Notes: generated by a model from the sequence alone, not told the origin. DNA of 64,000 nucleotides from an uncultured Clostridia bacterium (GCA_947631405.1 CANRLC010000004.1:21635-85634), one strand, 5' to 3'; shown: positions 34,344 through 43,680, counted from the stretch's first letter. Numbers and translations are program-made.

Positions 34344-34904
34344 TTATCCCCGCCTTTCGGCTATCATCCTGTCGAGCGTCGGCCTGCTGATTCCCAATTC
34401 TTTGGCCATTGCAACCTTCGTCAGTTCCCGGCGCTGATACCTTGCGAAGACCTCTTCAAACTTCGCATCCGCTTCCTTGGCCTTTCGCCCTTTGTATTTT
34501 CCGGCTTTCTTCGCCTCTGCGGTTCCTTCCCGCTGGCGCTCCAGCAGGTTCTCTCTCTCGAATTCGTTGATAGCGGCGATCATGGTCAACATCGGCTTCC
34601 CCTGCGGCGTCCTTGTGTCGATGCTTTCCTTGAGGCTGACTAGATGCACGTTCTTCTTGTTCAACAGTTCGACGATGTTCAGCAGGTCGCGCGTGCTTCG
34701 CGCCAGTCGGCTAAAGTCGTGAACAAAGACCGTATCGTCCTCTCTGACATATTCGAGCAAGGCCCGTAGCTGCGGACGGTTCATATCCTTGCCGCTGACC
34801 TTCTCCGTAAACCAGCGGTCAATCTCGCATTTGTTCAAGCTCTCCAGCTGGCGCGCTTCGTTCTGTTCCACCGTGCTTACTCTTACATAGGCCACGTTCG
34901 CCAT
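34344..34904 (-). CDS. Small serine recombinase (resolvase/invertase family)
   Basis: MANVAYVRVSTVEQNEARQ contains the catalytic Ser motif. The C-terminal HTH is MAKELGISRPTLDRMI. The start was placed at the ATG at 34904. Confidence 0.88.
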   Translation of the reverse strand: MANVAYVRVSTVEQNEARQLESLNKCEIDRWFTEKVSGKDMNRPQLRALLEYVREDDTVFVHDFSRLARSTRDLLNIVELLNKKNVHLVSLKESIDTRTPQGKPMLTMIAAINEFERENLLERQREGTAEAKKAGKYKGRKAKEADAKFEEVFARYQRRELTKVAMAKELGISRPTLDRMIAERRG

Positions 34905-35298
34905 CTTCCCATTCTCCCTTCTGCCGTTGGTGGTTTGGTTTTGTTGACGGCTACAGGATAGCACGATGCAAAAGTAAAGTCAATGACTTTGAATACAAGA
35001 TGTAAAATAAATCGAATTTTGATTTCTGTTTTACAGTTTTTCACAGGGTTTCTTGTGTATATTTAGAGTATACCCCAGTTTGACATTTCATTCATTTTTA
35101 GGCGTTCGGCATTCCCCTTTTTCCCGTGTTGACGCCTTGGTTCGTTTCATGGAGGTCTTTTGCTGCTCTCGCTGGAGGTTCCATCCCTCCGGCAATTCAA
35201 ATTCGATGACATTAAACAAAGCCCCCGACACCCTCTCGCGGATACCGTGGACACATATAGTATTGCGTAATGGAAGAATAATAATCAAAGATAGTCGA

Positions 35299-35344
35299 AC
35301 TCCGACTCTGAAGGCCGCAGGTTCAAACCCTGTCGGACGCACCA
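35299..35344 (+). repeat. att copy 3 (distal attR; probable original tRNA 3' end)
   Basis: It matches 45 of 46 positions of 17516-17561, with a G-to-A difference at 35325 in the T loop. The closest copy of the tRNA terminator follows it (ACCGTTGACT...AGTCGGCGGTTTTTG). Confidence 0.85.
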
Positions 35345-35575
35345 TCAAAAAACCGTTGACTGATAAGGAAAAGTCGGCGGTTTTTGTTTATTTGAAAATA
35401 GTTATATTTTTGAATTTGGGGACTATTTGGGGGACTCCTGATCCGAAAGCAGCTCGCCTGCGTGCCGCAGGTATGCGCATATGAACGCCGATAAGTGGAT
35501 AGGGTGAAAAAAAGAGGTTGAACATGTCGCAAAGTCTGATATAATGAAAAAAACGAAGAAACGGCGGGAAAAAGA

Positions 35576-35962
35576 TTGGAGTACATTGGGAAAATCGACA
35601 TCAAAAAATACGCTCTAGTCGCGAGATCGGTTCGCTCCTGCGTGGTTGTGCTCACGGCAAAGCAAAAAGAACATATTATCGAGCGCAGAGGGCAAGAATT
35701 CTATGATCGGTTCAGACCGTATTTTGGAGAGATCGCTGAAGACCCGGATTATATTTTTCAAGACAAAGCACACGAAAACACCGCAATAGCAAGCAAAACG
35801 ATTGAAATTGGCGGAGGTTCTCATGTAAACCTTGTCATTCGACTCGCCGTGGAGACAGATACAACTGGGTTTGAAAACTCAATCATTACGGTAATTGCTG
35901 AAAATGAAAAGCGTTACCGTCAGAGAATCCGCAATAACAAAGCTCTTTACAAAAAAGAATAA
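35576..35962 (+). CDS. Small protein resembling PBECR-type (barnase/EndoU/colicin-E5/RelE-like) nuclease-fold proteins; assignment tentative
   Basis: The start is TTG. The pattern xEYIGKI......V.LT..Q..HI.ER........F....I...PDYIF.D....NT........NLV..L..........NSI.T......K.Y......NK.LYKKE is recalled from small ICE/plasmid-borne proteins. Its own promoter is TTGAAC (35518-35523), 16 nt, then TGaTATAAT (-10 at 35540-35545). Confidence 0.45.
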   Translation: MEYIGKIDIKKYALVARSVRSCVVVLTAKQKEHIIERRGQEFYDRFRPYFGEIAEDPDYIFQDKAHENTAIASKTIEIGGGSHVNLVIRLAVETDTTGFENSIITVIAENEKRYRQRIRNNKALYKKE

Positions 35963-35980
35963 ATCGCGTATAATAGCAGT

Positions 35981-36112
35981 AGGATAGAAACGGTCGCCCG
36001 AGGTGGTGGATTTCGTAGCAACCACACGCCCAACGGGCCAAAAGGGACGCAGGAGAAGGCTACGCCTGCCGGACGACCTTCTATAAGCCGCCAAGCGCAA
36101 GCGAGGCGGTTT
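35981..36112 (+). ncRNA. Orphan structured small RNA candidate (about 130 nt) with its own promoter and terminator
   Basis: The promoter is TTTACA (35946-35951), 17 nt, then TATAAT (35969-35974). A three-way junction can be folded by hand: P1 AUAGAA..GGUCG (35984-35996) with CGACCUUCUAU (36074-36084), P2 GUGGU/ACCAC (36003-36007 with 36021-36025), and P3 GCAGG/CCUGC (36049-36053 with 36065-36069). The terminator is AGCCGCC...GGCGGTTTTTT (36086-36116). No ORF follows on this strand. Confidence 0.45.
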
Positions 36113-36362
36113 TTTGAATATTAAAAAGAAATACGACACCATGCTCAACGCGCTTGTCGCAATTCTCTTGCCATCCTTTTGAATCTTGTCGTCTCCAAAA
36201 GCGCGCTTTGGCACGGTCGAAAACACGGGCAACAAAGGCTACCGCGGCGGCATGCCGCGCTGGACATTGCCGCGCCGCCGCACAATCGTGCGGCGGCGCG
36301 GCCCCATATTCTCTCGTCTCTTCCGCTTTATTTCTTCCCTTGCGGGTTGCATCCTTCGTTAT

Positions 36363-37058
36363 TTACCGCGCCTCAAAGACGACGGTCACGCTGGCGCTCA
36401 CCGAGACGCTGCCCGAGCGGATGCCCGTCTCGATGCCTGCCGCCGACGCCTCGGCGAGGTCGGCCTTGGCGTTGGTGAAGACGGCGTAGTTGCCGCCGCC
36501 CAGCTCGGTCACGCTCTCGGGGGCGACGATGGTCAGCCCCAGCGGCTTGGCCATGCGCTGCGCCTTTTCCTGCGCGGCCTGAATGGCCAGCTCGAGCGCG
36601 TCGCGATACAGCTCGGCGCTCTTGGAGCTGTCGTAGCTCACGTTGTAGATCTGCGTCATGCCGCCGTCAGTCAACGCGCCGATCACGGCGTCGAGCAGAT
36701 CGACGTCGCGGCAGGTGATGCTCAGCGTGTGGCTGGCCTCATAGCCGGTCAGCTTCGGCGTGCTCCCACTGTAATCGTAGGTCGGAGAATAGCTGTAATT
36801 CTCCGTGATGATGTCCTCCTCCGCCACGCCAAGCGCGAGCAGGCCGTCCGTGACCGCCGCGATGACGCCGCCCATCTTTTCTTGGGCCTTGGCGACCGTG
36901 TCCGCCGTGAACTCCGCGCGCGCGGTGACGCTCACGATGTCCGGGTCGGCGGTGACCACGGCCGTTCCCTGCGCGGTGATCTCGCAGTCGTCGGCAAACG
37001 CGACGGCGGGGAGAAGAAGCAACGATGCGGCCAGCAGCCATGCGGCGAATTTGCGCAT
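36363..37058 (-). CDS. SIMPL-domain (DUF541) secreted protein
   Basis: The signal peptide is MRKFAAWLLAASLLLLPAVAFA. The layout (ITAQGTAVVTADPD...A.F..........AQ...) is typical of SIMPL/26-kDa periplasmic immunogenic-protein family members. Confidence 0.7.
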   Translation of the reverse strand: MRKFAAWLLAASLLLLPAVAFADDCEITAQGTAVVTADPDIVSVTARAEFTADTVAKAQEKMGGVIAAVTDGLLALGVAEEDIITENYSYSPTYDYSGSTPKLTGYEASHTLSITCRDVDLLDAVIGALTDGGMTQIYNVSYDSSKSAELYRDALELAIQAAQEKAQRMAKPLGLTIVAPESVTELGGGNYAVFTNAKADLAEASAAGIETGIRSGSVSVSASVTVVFEAR

Positions 37059-37195
37059 GAACAGTCCTCCTTTTTGAATGGGTCGTTGGGTTCAGGGGGT
37101 CGGTTGGTTGGTTGGTATCCACTCATATAGACGGGGCAGGCGTGCAAATTCATCCCGTTTGGTGGAAAAAGTTGGAAAAAAGTGCGCCGCGGGGG

Positions 37196-37615
37196 TGCGC
37201 GGCGCGCGTTGGGGCGTTGCAGGGTAGCCCCGCCCGGTTTCGCGAGACGCTTCGCGTCCGCAGACTGTGGGAAACGGTCACTGTCGGGGCGATAGCGCTT
37301 GAAGTTTCTGTGGCGCTCGTCCGGGGAACTCGCATAGTCGCGAGCTGCGCTCGCTCCTTGCGATTCCCCGCATTCCGCCTCGCTGTTTCGGCCACTGGCC
37401 GCGCTCGGCTCCAGCGCCCCCAATCCCCCACCACGCTTCGCGGCGCGCGTTGGGGCCTTGCGCGGAAGCTCCGCCCGGTTTCGCGAGACGCTTCGCGTCC
37501 GCTCCCGGGCTACTGTTCTGTCGCTTCGCGTGGGGTACGCTGGGCTACCGCCCAGACCTGTTCGGGGGATACCATCCCCCGAACCCCCATCGCGCTTCGC
37601 GGCGCGCGTTGAGGC
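37196..37615 (+). repeat. REP-like multi-hairpin repeat, two tandem units
   Basis: The units are delimited by GCGGCGCGCGTTGRGGC at 37199, 37441 and 37598. Both contain CCGCCCGGTTTCGCGAGACGCTTCGCGTCCGC. The second unit adds GCTGGGCTACCGCCCAGACC plus TTCGGGGGATACCATCCCCCGAA. Confidence 0.75.
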
Positions 37616-39142
37616 TTATTCCTCGATCAGGCTCTTGCCCTGCATCTCCTTCGGGGTGGGCAGGCCGATATACGGCAGCATGGTCGGCGCGATGTCGGCG
37701 AGGCAGCCGCCTTTGCGCAGCTTCACGTCGCCTACGCCCGCGGCGAGGAACGGCACGGGGTTGGTCGTGTGCGCGGTAAACGGCGAGCCGTCCTCGTTCT
37801 TCATGTGGTCGGCGTTGCCGTGGTCGGCGGTCAGGAACATGCAGCCGCCCATCTCATGCACGGCGTCCCAGACCTCGCCGACGCAGGCGTCGACGGCCTC
37901 GACGGCCTTGACCGCGGCGTCGAACACGCCGGTATGGCCGACCATATCGCAGTTGGCGAAGTTGAGGATGACCACGTCGTACTTGCCGCTGCGGATGCGC
38001 GCGGCGCACTCGTGGGCGACCTCGTAGGCGCTCATCTCGGGCTTCAGGTCGTAGGTGGCGACCTTGGGGCTGGGGATGACCTTGCGATCCTCGCCGTCAT
38101 ACGGCGCTTCGAGGCCGCCGTTGAAGAAGAAGGTCACATGGGCGTACTTCTCAGTCTCGGCGATGCGCAGCTGGGTCTTGCCGTTCTTAGAGAGGTACTC
38201 GCCGAGCACGTTGGTGAGCGCGACGGGCGGGTACGCGACCTCGACGTTGGGCATGGTCGCGTCGTACTCAGCCATGCAGACGTAGTGGATGGGGAAGCGG
38301 CCGTTGCGGCGGACAAAGCCGTCGAAGGCGTCGTCCACGAAGGTGCGGGTGATCTGCCGGGCGCGGTCGGGGCGGAAGTTGATGAAGACGACGGTATCGC
38401 CCGCCTCGACGCGGCCGCCCTCGCAGGTGACGCACGGGATGACGAACTCGTCGGTGACGCCGTTCTGATAGCTGCGCTCGATGCATTCCTTGGCGCTTTC
38501 GGCGTGCTCGCCCTCGCCGTAGACGAACGCGGCGTAGGCCTTCTCGATGCGATCCCAGTTCTTATCGCGATCCATGGCGTAATAGCGGCCGGTGACGGTC
38601 GCGATCTGTCCCAAGCCGATCTCATCGAGTTTGGCCTGCAGATCGGCCAAGAATCCCTCGCCGGAGTGGGGGTCGGTGTCGCGGCCGTCCATGATGCAGT
38701 GGACGTACACCTTTTTCGCGCCGAGGTGCTTGGCCAGATCGAGCAGGCCGAACAGGTGCTCGATATGGCTATGAACGCCGCCGGTGCCGAGCAGGCCCAT
38801 GAAGTGGATGGCCTTGCCCGCGTCGATGGCGGCGCGCATATTGCGCACGAGGACGTCGTTCTCCTTCATGGTGCCGTCGAGGATGGACTTGGTGATGAGG
38901 GTGAGCTGCTGATAGACGATGCGGCCCGCGCCGATATTGGTATGGCCGACCTCGCTATTGCCCATCTGGCCGTCCGGCAGGCCGACGGCCATGCCGGAGG
39001 CGTCGATGGTGGTATACGGGCAGGTGGAAAAGAGCTGATCGAGGCGGGGCTTTTTCGCCGCGACGATCGCGTTGCCGTAGGTCTGCTCCGGCACCCAGCC
39101 GAATCCATCCATGATGCAGAGCAGGACAGGTTTCTTGGACAT
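37616..39142 (-). CDS. gpmI: 2,3-bisphosphoglycerate-independent phosphoglycerate mutase
   Basis: The 508-aa protein has the typical iPGM sequence (MDGFGW, GNSEVGHTNIGAGR, TADHGNA). Confidence 0.93.
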   Translation of the reverse strand: MSKKPVLLCIMDGFGWVPEQTYGNAIVAAKKPRLDQLFSTCPYTTIDASGMAVGLPDGQMGNSEVGHTNIGAGRIVYQQLTLITKSILDGTMKENDVLVRNMRAAIDAGKAIHFMGLLGTGGVHSHIEHLFGLLDLAKHLGAKKVYVHCIMDGRDTDPHSGEGFLADLQAKLDEIGLGQIATVTGRYYAMDRDKNWDRIEKAYAAFVYGEGEHAESAKECIERSYQNGVTDEFVIPCVTCEGGRVEAGDTVVFINFRPDRARQITRTFVDDAFDGFVRRNGRFPIHYVCMAEYDATMPNVEVAYPPVALTNVLGEYLSKNGKTQLRIAETEKYAHVTFFFNGGLEAPYDGEDRKVIPSPKVATYDLKPEMSAYEVAHECAARIRSGKYDVVILNFANCDMVGHTGVFDAAVKAVEAVDACVGEVWDAVHEMGGCMFLTADHGNADHMKNEDGSPFTAHTTNPVPFLAAGVGDVKLRKGGCLADIAPTMLPYIGLPTPKEMQGKSLIEE

Positions 39143-39172
39143 AGCTTCTCCTTTATATGGCGCTCTTGCGCA

Positions 39173-39922
<750 letters not shown>

Positions 39923-39999
39923 GGGAACGACTTCCTTTCTAAGCGTTTCTAAAAGGCCCCGGCGCGGCCCCAAGGCCGCGCCGGGGCGGGTAGATGTGG

Positions 40000-40218
40000 G
40001 TGGGGTTCAAGGGAAGCGGGACGCTGGGGATCTTATTTACAGACCCCGCTCCGCTTCGCGGCGGTTTGATGTCGCTTTGCTTGTCCGGGAACGCAAACGC
40101 GCTGCGTTTGCTGCCGGACGCGGGAGGTGCGCCTGCGGCGCGGGATACGCTGGGCTGCCGCCCAGACCTGCCCGAGGGATTTCATCCCTCGGACTCCCTT
40201 CCCCCGCTTCGCGGGATT
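40000..40218 (+). repeat. REP-like multi-hairpin repeat between pgk and tpiA
   Basis: It contains GCTGGGCTGCCGCCCAGACCTGCCCGAGGGATTTCATCCCTCGGACTCCCTTCCC (40149-40205). By eye it is about 90 percent identical to the reverse complement of 43478-43640. Confidence 0.8.
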
Positions 40219-41421
40219 TTAAGCCTCGTCGAGCGCAGCGACGCCCGGAAGCGTCTTGCCCTCCAGATACTCCAGCGATGCGCCGCCGCCGGTCGAGATG
40301 TGCGTCATCTTATCGCCGAGACCCATCTGCTCCACGGCCGCCGCAGAGTCGCCGCCGCCGATGATCGTCACGGCGTCGCTCTCGGCCATCGCCTTCGCCA
40401 CCGCCAGCGTGCCCGCCGCCAGCGTCGGGTTCTCAAACACGCCCATCGGGCCGTTCCAGATCACCGTCTTCGCGCCCTTCACCGCGTCGGCAAACAGCGC
40501 GCAGCTCGCCGGGCCGATGTCGCAGCCCTCCATGTCCGCCGGGATCGCGTCCGCCGCGACGACCGTCGTGTCCACCGGGGCGTCAATCGGATCCGGGAAC
40601 GCCTTCACGCACACGGTGTCCACCGGCAGCAGCAGCTTCACGCCGCGCTGCTCGGCCTTGGCCATCATGTCCTTGCAGTAGTCGATCTTCGTCTCATCCA
40701 GCAGGCTATTGCCCACGCCGTAGCCCTGCGCCTTCAGGAACGTGAACGCCATGCCGCCGCCGATGATGAGCGTATCGACCTTCTCCAGCAGGTTGGAGAT
40801 CACGTTCAGCTTATCCTCCACCTTCGCGCCGCCGAGCACCGCGACGAACGGGCGGTCGGCGTTCTCCAGCGCCTTGCCCATCACGGACAGCTCCTTGCCG
40901 ATCAGGTATCCGGCCACGCACGGGGACAGGAACTCGGTCACGCCCGCGGTCGAGCAGTGCGCGCGGTGGCAGGAGCCGAACGCGTCGTCCACATAGCACT
41001 CGGCCAGAGAGGCCAGCTCCTTGGAGAACGTCTCGACGTTCTTGGTCTCCTCCTTGCGGAAGCGGGTGTTTTGCAGCAGCACCACGTCGCCGTCCTTCAT
41101 CGCGGCGACGGCGGCCTTCGCGTTCGGGCCGACGACGGCGTCGTCATCGGCGAAGACCACGGGCTTGCCGAGCAGCTCGGACAGGCGCGCGGCCACCGGC
41201 GCGAGGGAGAACTTCTCCTCCGGCCCGTTCTTGGGCTTGCCGAGATGGCTGCACAGGATGACGCGGCCGCCGTCGGCGATCAGCTTCTTGATCGTGGGCA
41301 GCGCGGCGACGATGCGCTTGTCGTTGGTGATCTTGCCGTCCTTCATGGGCACGTTAAAATCGCAACGAACCAGTACCCGCTTGCCGGCGACGTTGATGTC
41401 GTCAATGGTCTTCTTTGCCAT
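40219..41421 (-). CDS. pgk: Phosphoglycerate kinase
   Basis: The 400-aa protein has RCDFNVP, a typical PGK N-terminus, and the C-terminal [14 protein letters not shown]. Confidence 0.95.
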   Translation of the reverse strand: MAKKTIDDINVAGKRVLVRCDFNVPMKDGKITNDKRIVAALPTIKKLIADGGRVILCSHLGKPKNGPEEKFSLAPVAARLSELLGKPVVFADDDAVVGPNAKAAVAAMKDGDVVLLQNTRFRKEETKNVETFSKELASLAECYVDDAFGSCHRAHCSTAGVTEFLSPCVAGYLIGKELSVMGKALENADRPFVAVLGGAKVEDKLNVISNLLEKVDTLIIGGGMAFTFLKAQGYGVGNSLLDETKIDYCKDMMAKAEQRGVKLLLPVDTVCVKAFPDPIDAPVDTTVVAADAIPADMEGCDIGPASCALFADAVKGAKTVIWNGPMGVFENPTLAAGTLAVAKAMAESDAVTIIGGGDSAAAVEQMGLGDKMTHISTGGGASLEYLEGKTLPGVAALDEA

Positions 41422-41600
41422 ACGAACTCCTCCATTTTTTTGATCGTTGGGAAAGGCCGCGCACGGCGCGCCTTTGCTCGCATTGCGTCCTCGGTGCGGC
41501 GCGGGAGAGCGCCGGGGCCGCGAACGGTATCAGTGTACCATCTTTTGCGCGGATTGTCAAAGAAATCACGCAAATTCGCGCAAGTTTCCCGCGGGGCGTT

Positions 41601-42626
41601 TTACAGGCGAAAATGCTCGGCCATGCGCAGCGCCGCGCCCTCGTCGGTGACGACGAGCGCATGCGGGTGATGCTGGCAGATCGCGAGGATGGCCTCGGCC
41701 TTGCCCGCGCCCGCCGCAACCATCGCCGCGCGGTTCTTGTAGCCCAATTCCTCCTCGCGCAGCGCCAGCGAGCCGCACTGGCCCACGACCCGGCCCTGCG
41801 CGTCGAAGTAAAAGCCCAGCGCCTCCGCGACCGCGCCGCGGGAGAGCAGCTCGCGCTGCGCGTCCTCGCCAAGGCCGCGCCGCTGGGCGAGCACGCTCGC
41901 CCGGCCCGCGCCGTAGAGCAGCACGTCCGCGCCGCGCAGCAGCTCCCACGCCTCGCGCACCTGCGGCAGGCGCGACAGCTCCGCCGCCGCCATGCCGCTC
42001 AGCCCGTCGGGCAGCTGCAAGAGGCAGGCGCGCCCGCCCAGCCGCTCGGCGAAGCGCTCGGCGAGCGTGTTCGCCTGCGTGCGCACGACGCCGCTCATGC
42101 CACCCTGCGCGGGCACGACCGTGACGCCGAGCGGCGCGCTGGCGACCGCCTCCGCCGTGCGCGCGATCGTCGTGCCGCCGGAGACCGCGAGCACCCGCGC
42201 ATCCTTGAGCAGCGCGCGCAGCTGCTTTGCCGCCGTGCGCGCCGCGTCGCCCAGCGCGCCGTCGTCGCGGTCGGCGTCGCCGGGCACCACGCACACGCGC
42301 TGCGCGTTCAGCTTGCGCGCGAGCGCCGTCTCCAGCGCGGCGAGCGCGCGCCTGCGCGCGCTGACCGTGCGCGCCGCGTCCAGCGCGTTCTGTCCGAAGG
42401 CCGTCAGCGACATGCCCGACGCGCTCTGCTCGATGCAGCCCGCGTCGCGCAGCGCGTCCGCCGCCGAGCGCACGCTGCGCTCCGGCAGCTGCAACCGCGC
42501 CGCCAGCGCGCGTCGGCCGATCGGCCCCAGCGCGCCCACGCGCTCGAGAATCAGCGAGCGCAGCTCCAGCTCCTCCATCAGATCCGGCGCGATGCTCGAC
42601 AGCGCGCCCAAAAGCGATGTTTCCAT
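41601..42626 (-). CDS. cggR: SorC/CggR-family central glycolytic genes regulator
   Basis: It has an N-terminal winged HTH plus a SorC sugar-binding domain and sits upstream of pgk-tpiA-gpmI. No gap gene lies between it and pgk. Confidence 0.7.
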   Translation of the reverse strand: METSLLGALSSIAPDLMEELELRSLILERVGALGPIGRRALAARLQLPERSVRSAADALRDAGCIEQSASGMSLTAFGQNALDAARTVSARRRALAALETALARKLNAQRVCVVPGDADRDDGALGDAARTAAKQLRALLKDARVLAVSGGTTIARTAEAVASAPLGVTVVPAQGGMSGVVRTQANTLAERFAERLGGRACLLQLPDGLSGMAAAELSRLPQVREAWELLRGADVLLYGAGRASVLAQRRGLGEDAQRELLSRGAVAEALGFYFDAQGRVVGQCGSLALREEELGYKNRAAMVAAGAGKAEAILAICQHHPHALVVTDEGAALRMAEHFRL

Positions 42627-42721
42627 CCGTCCTCCCGGACGACCGGGCGAAACTTATCCCGTAGGCCCGGCTCGTCCCGCCCGCACAGTATACCACGATT
42701 TGGGGGCGCGCGCAACCTCCG

Positions 42722-43462
42722 TCACGCCCCCAAGAGCGCCAGCAGCAGCGCAAGCGCCACGCACAGCAGCCACGCGCTCACGCCGCATACGAGCGCCCCC
42801 TGCGCGATGTCCCCCGCCACCGGCGCGTGGATGCGCGTGTCGTCCTGCGCGATGCCCAGCACGCTGACGAGCCGCGCCTGAGCGCCCGCGCCGCGCGTGC
42901 GGAACGGATTGCGCCCCACAATGCACGCGCACACGAGCGAGAGCGCGAAGAGCAGCGCGTCGCCGACGCGCGCGAGATGCGCGAGCAGCCGCGCCGGGCC
43001 GCCCTCCTCGCCGCACGCCGCGCGCAGCCCGAGCCACGCCCAGCCGAGCGCGCCGCCGAGCCGCAGCGCCAGCGATAGCGCGCAGAGCAGCAGCGGCACG
43101 ACCACCTCGCCGGAGAACGCGGGCGCGAATCCCTCGCAGCTCTCCATGACCTGCGCCTCGTAGGCGGCGACGTCGCCCGCACACGCGCCGCCGTCGAGAC
43201 GGCGCTTGACCTCCGCCGCGCGCGGGACGGACGCCAGCCCGGTAAAGAGCGGCGCGAGGGTGAGCGCCGTCAGCGCCGGGTGGACGAGGGAGAGGAAGAA
43301 AGCGAGGGTCGCGAGCAGGGTGGAGAAGGCGATGGGGCGGGGCTTGCGCACGGGCTGGCGCTGATAGGCCCGGGCGAGGAGATAGACGAGCACATCCGCG
43401 GTCTGCGGGAGCAGGAAATAGAGCGCAAACGCCAGCGCAAACCCAGCGGGCAACACGATCAT
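42722..43462 (-). CDS. Hypothetical integral membrane protein (246 aa)
   Basis: The ORF encodes several hydrophobic helices. No family was recognised. Confidence 0.5.
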   Translation of the reverse strand: MIVLPAGFALAFALYFLLPQTADVLVYLLARAYQRQPVRKPRPIAFSTLLATLAFFLSLVHPALTALTLAPLFTGLASVPRAAEVKRRLDGGACAGDVAAYEAQVMESCEGFAPAFSGEVVVPLLLCALSLALRLGGALGWAWLGLRAACGEEGGPARLLAHLARVGDALLFALSLVCACIVGRNPFRTRGAGAQARLVSVLGIAQDDTRIHAPVAGDIAQGALVCGVSAWLLCVALALLLALLGA

Positions 43463-43477
43463 AGCAAAGCCTCCTTA

Positions 43478-43680
43478 TTCATAGCGCGAAGCGAAGAAGG
43501 GAGTCTGAGGGATGAAATCCCTCAGGCAGGTCTGGGCGGCAGCCCAGCGTTCCCCACGCCGCAGGCGCACCCCCGCGTCCGGCAGCAAACGCACCGCGTT
43601 TGCGTCCCCGGACAAGACAAGCCGCTTCAAACCCACAAATCCACTCTCGCCTTTCTTAGTAAATAGCTTTCCCACCTGCG
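43478..43680 (-). repeat. REP-like multi-hairpin repeat (inverted relative to the 40000-40218 copy)
   Basis: It contains the reverse complement of the GCTGGGCTGCCGCCCAGACC...CTGAGGGATTTCATCCCTCAG module (43497-43548) and of the GGACGCAAACGCGGTGCGTTTGCTGCC module. Confidence 0.8.

Larger units (their letters stand above)
31115..35298. mobile_element. Integrative element 2: decayed integrative (mobilisable) element remnant (about 4.2 kb)
   Basis: It is bounded by att copies 2 and 3. It carries an intact integrase and serine recombinase, and interrupted Rep_trans-like and Cys-rich VLP-like genes. Confidence 0.65.

Noticed and set aside
35981-36112. Identification of the orphan RNA as SRP (4.5S) RNA, or as a c-di-GMP-I (GEMM) or ykkC/guanidine-I riboswitch
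   Set aside because: It lacks the SRP domain IV signature (GGAA tetraloop with AGCA/GGAAGCAGCC). GGGACGCA resembles GEMM-I only locally, without the rest of the consensus. The CUAGGGUUCCG and GGUCCGAGAG blocks of ykkC are absent. No downstream gene exists for a cis-regulator. It is left unclassified.
40000-43680. Inverted REP-like copies flanking pgk-cggR (and 50640-60476 flanking the cell-wall block) as composite transposons
   Set aside because: No transposase or recombinase lies between or next to them. The enclosed genes are core housekeeping genes with host-like GC. The same repeat family also occurs singly elsewhere.
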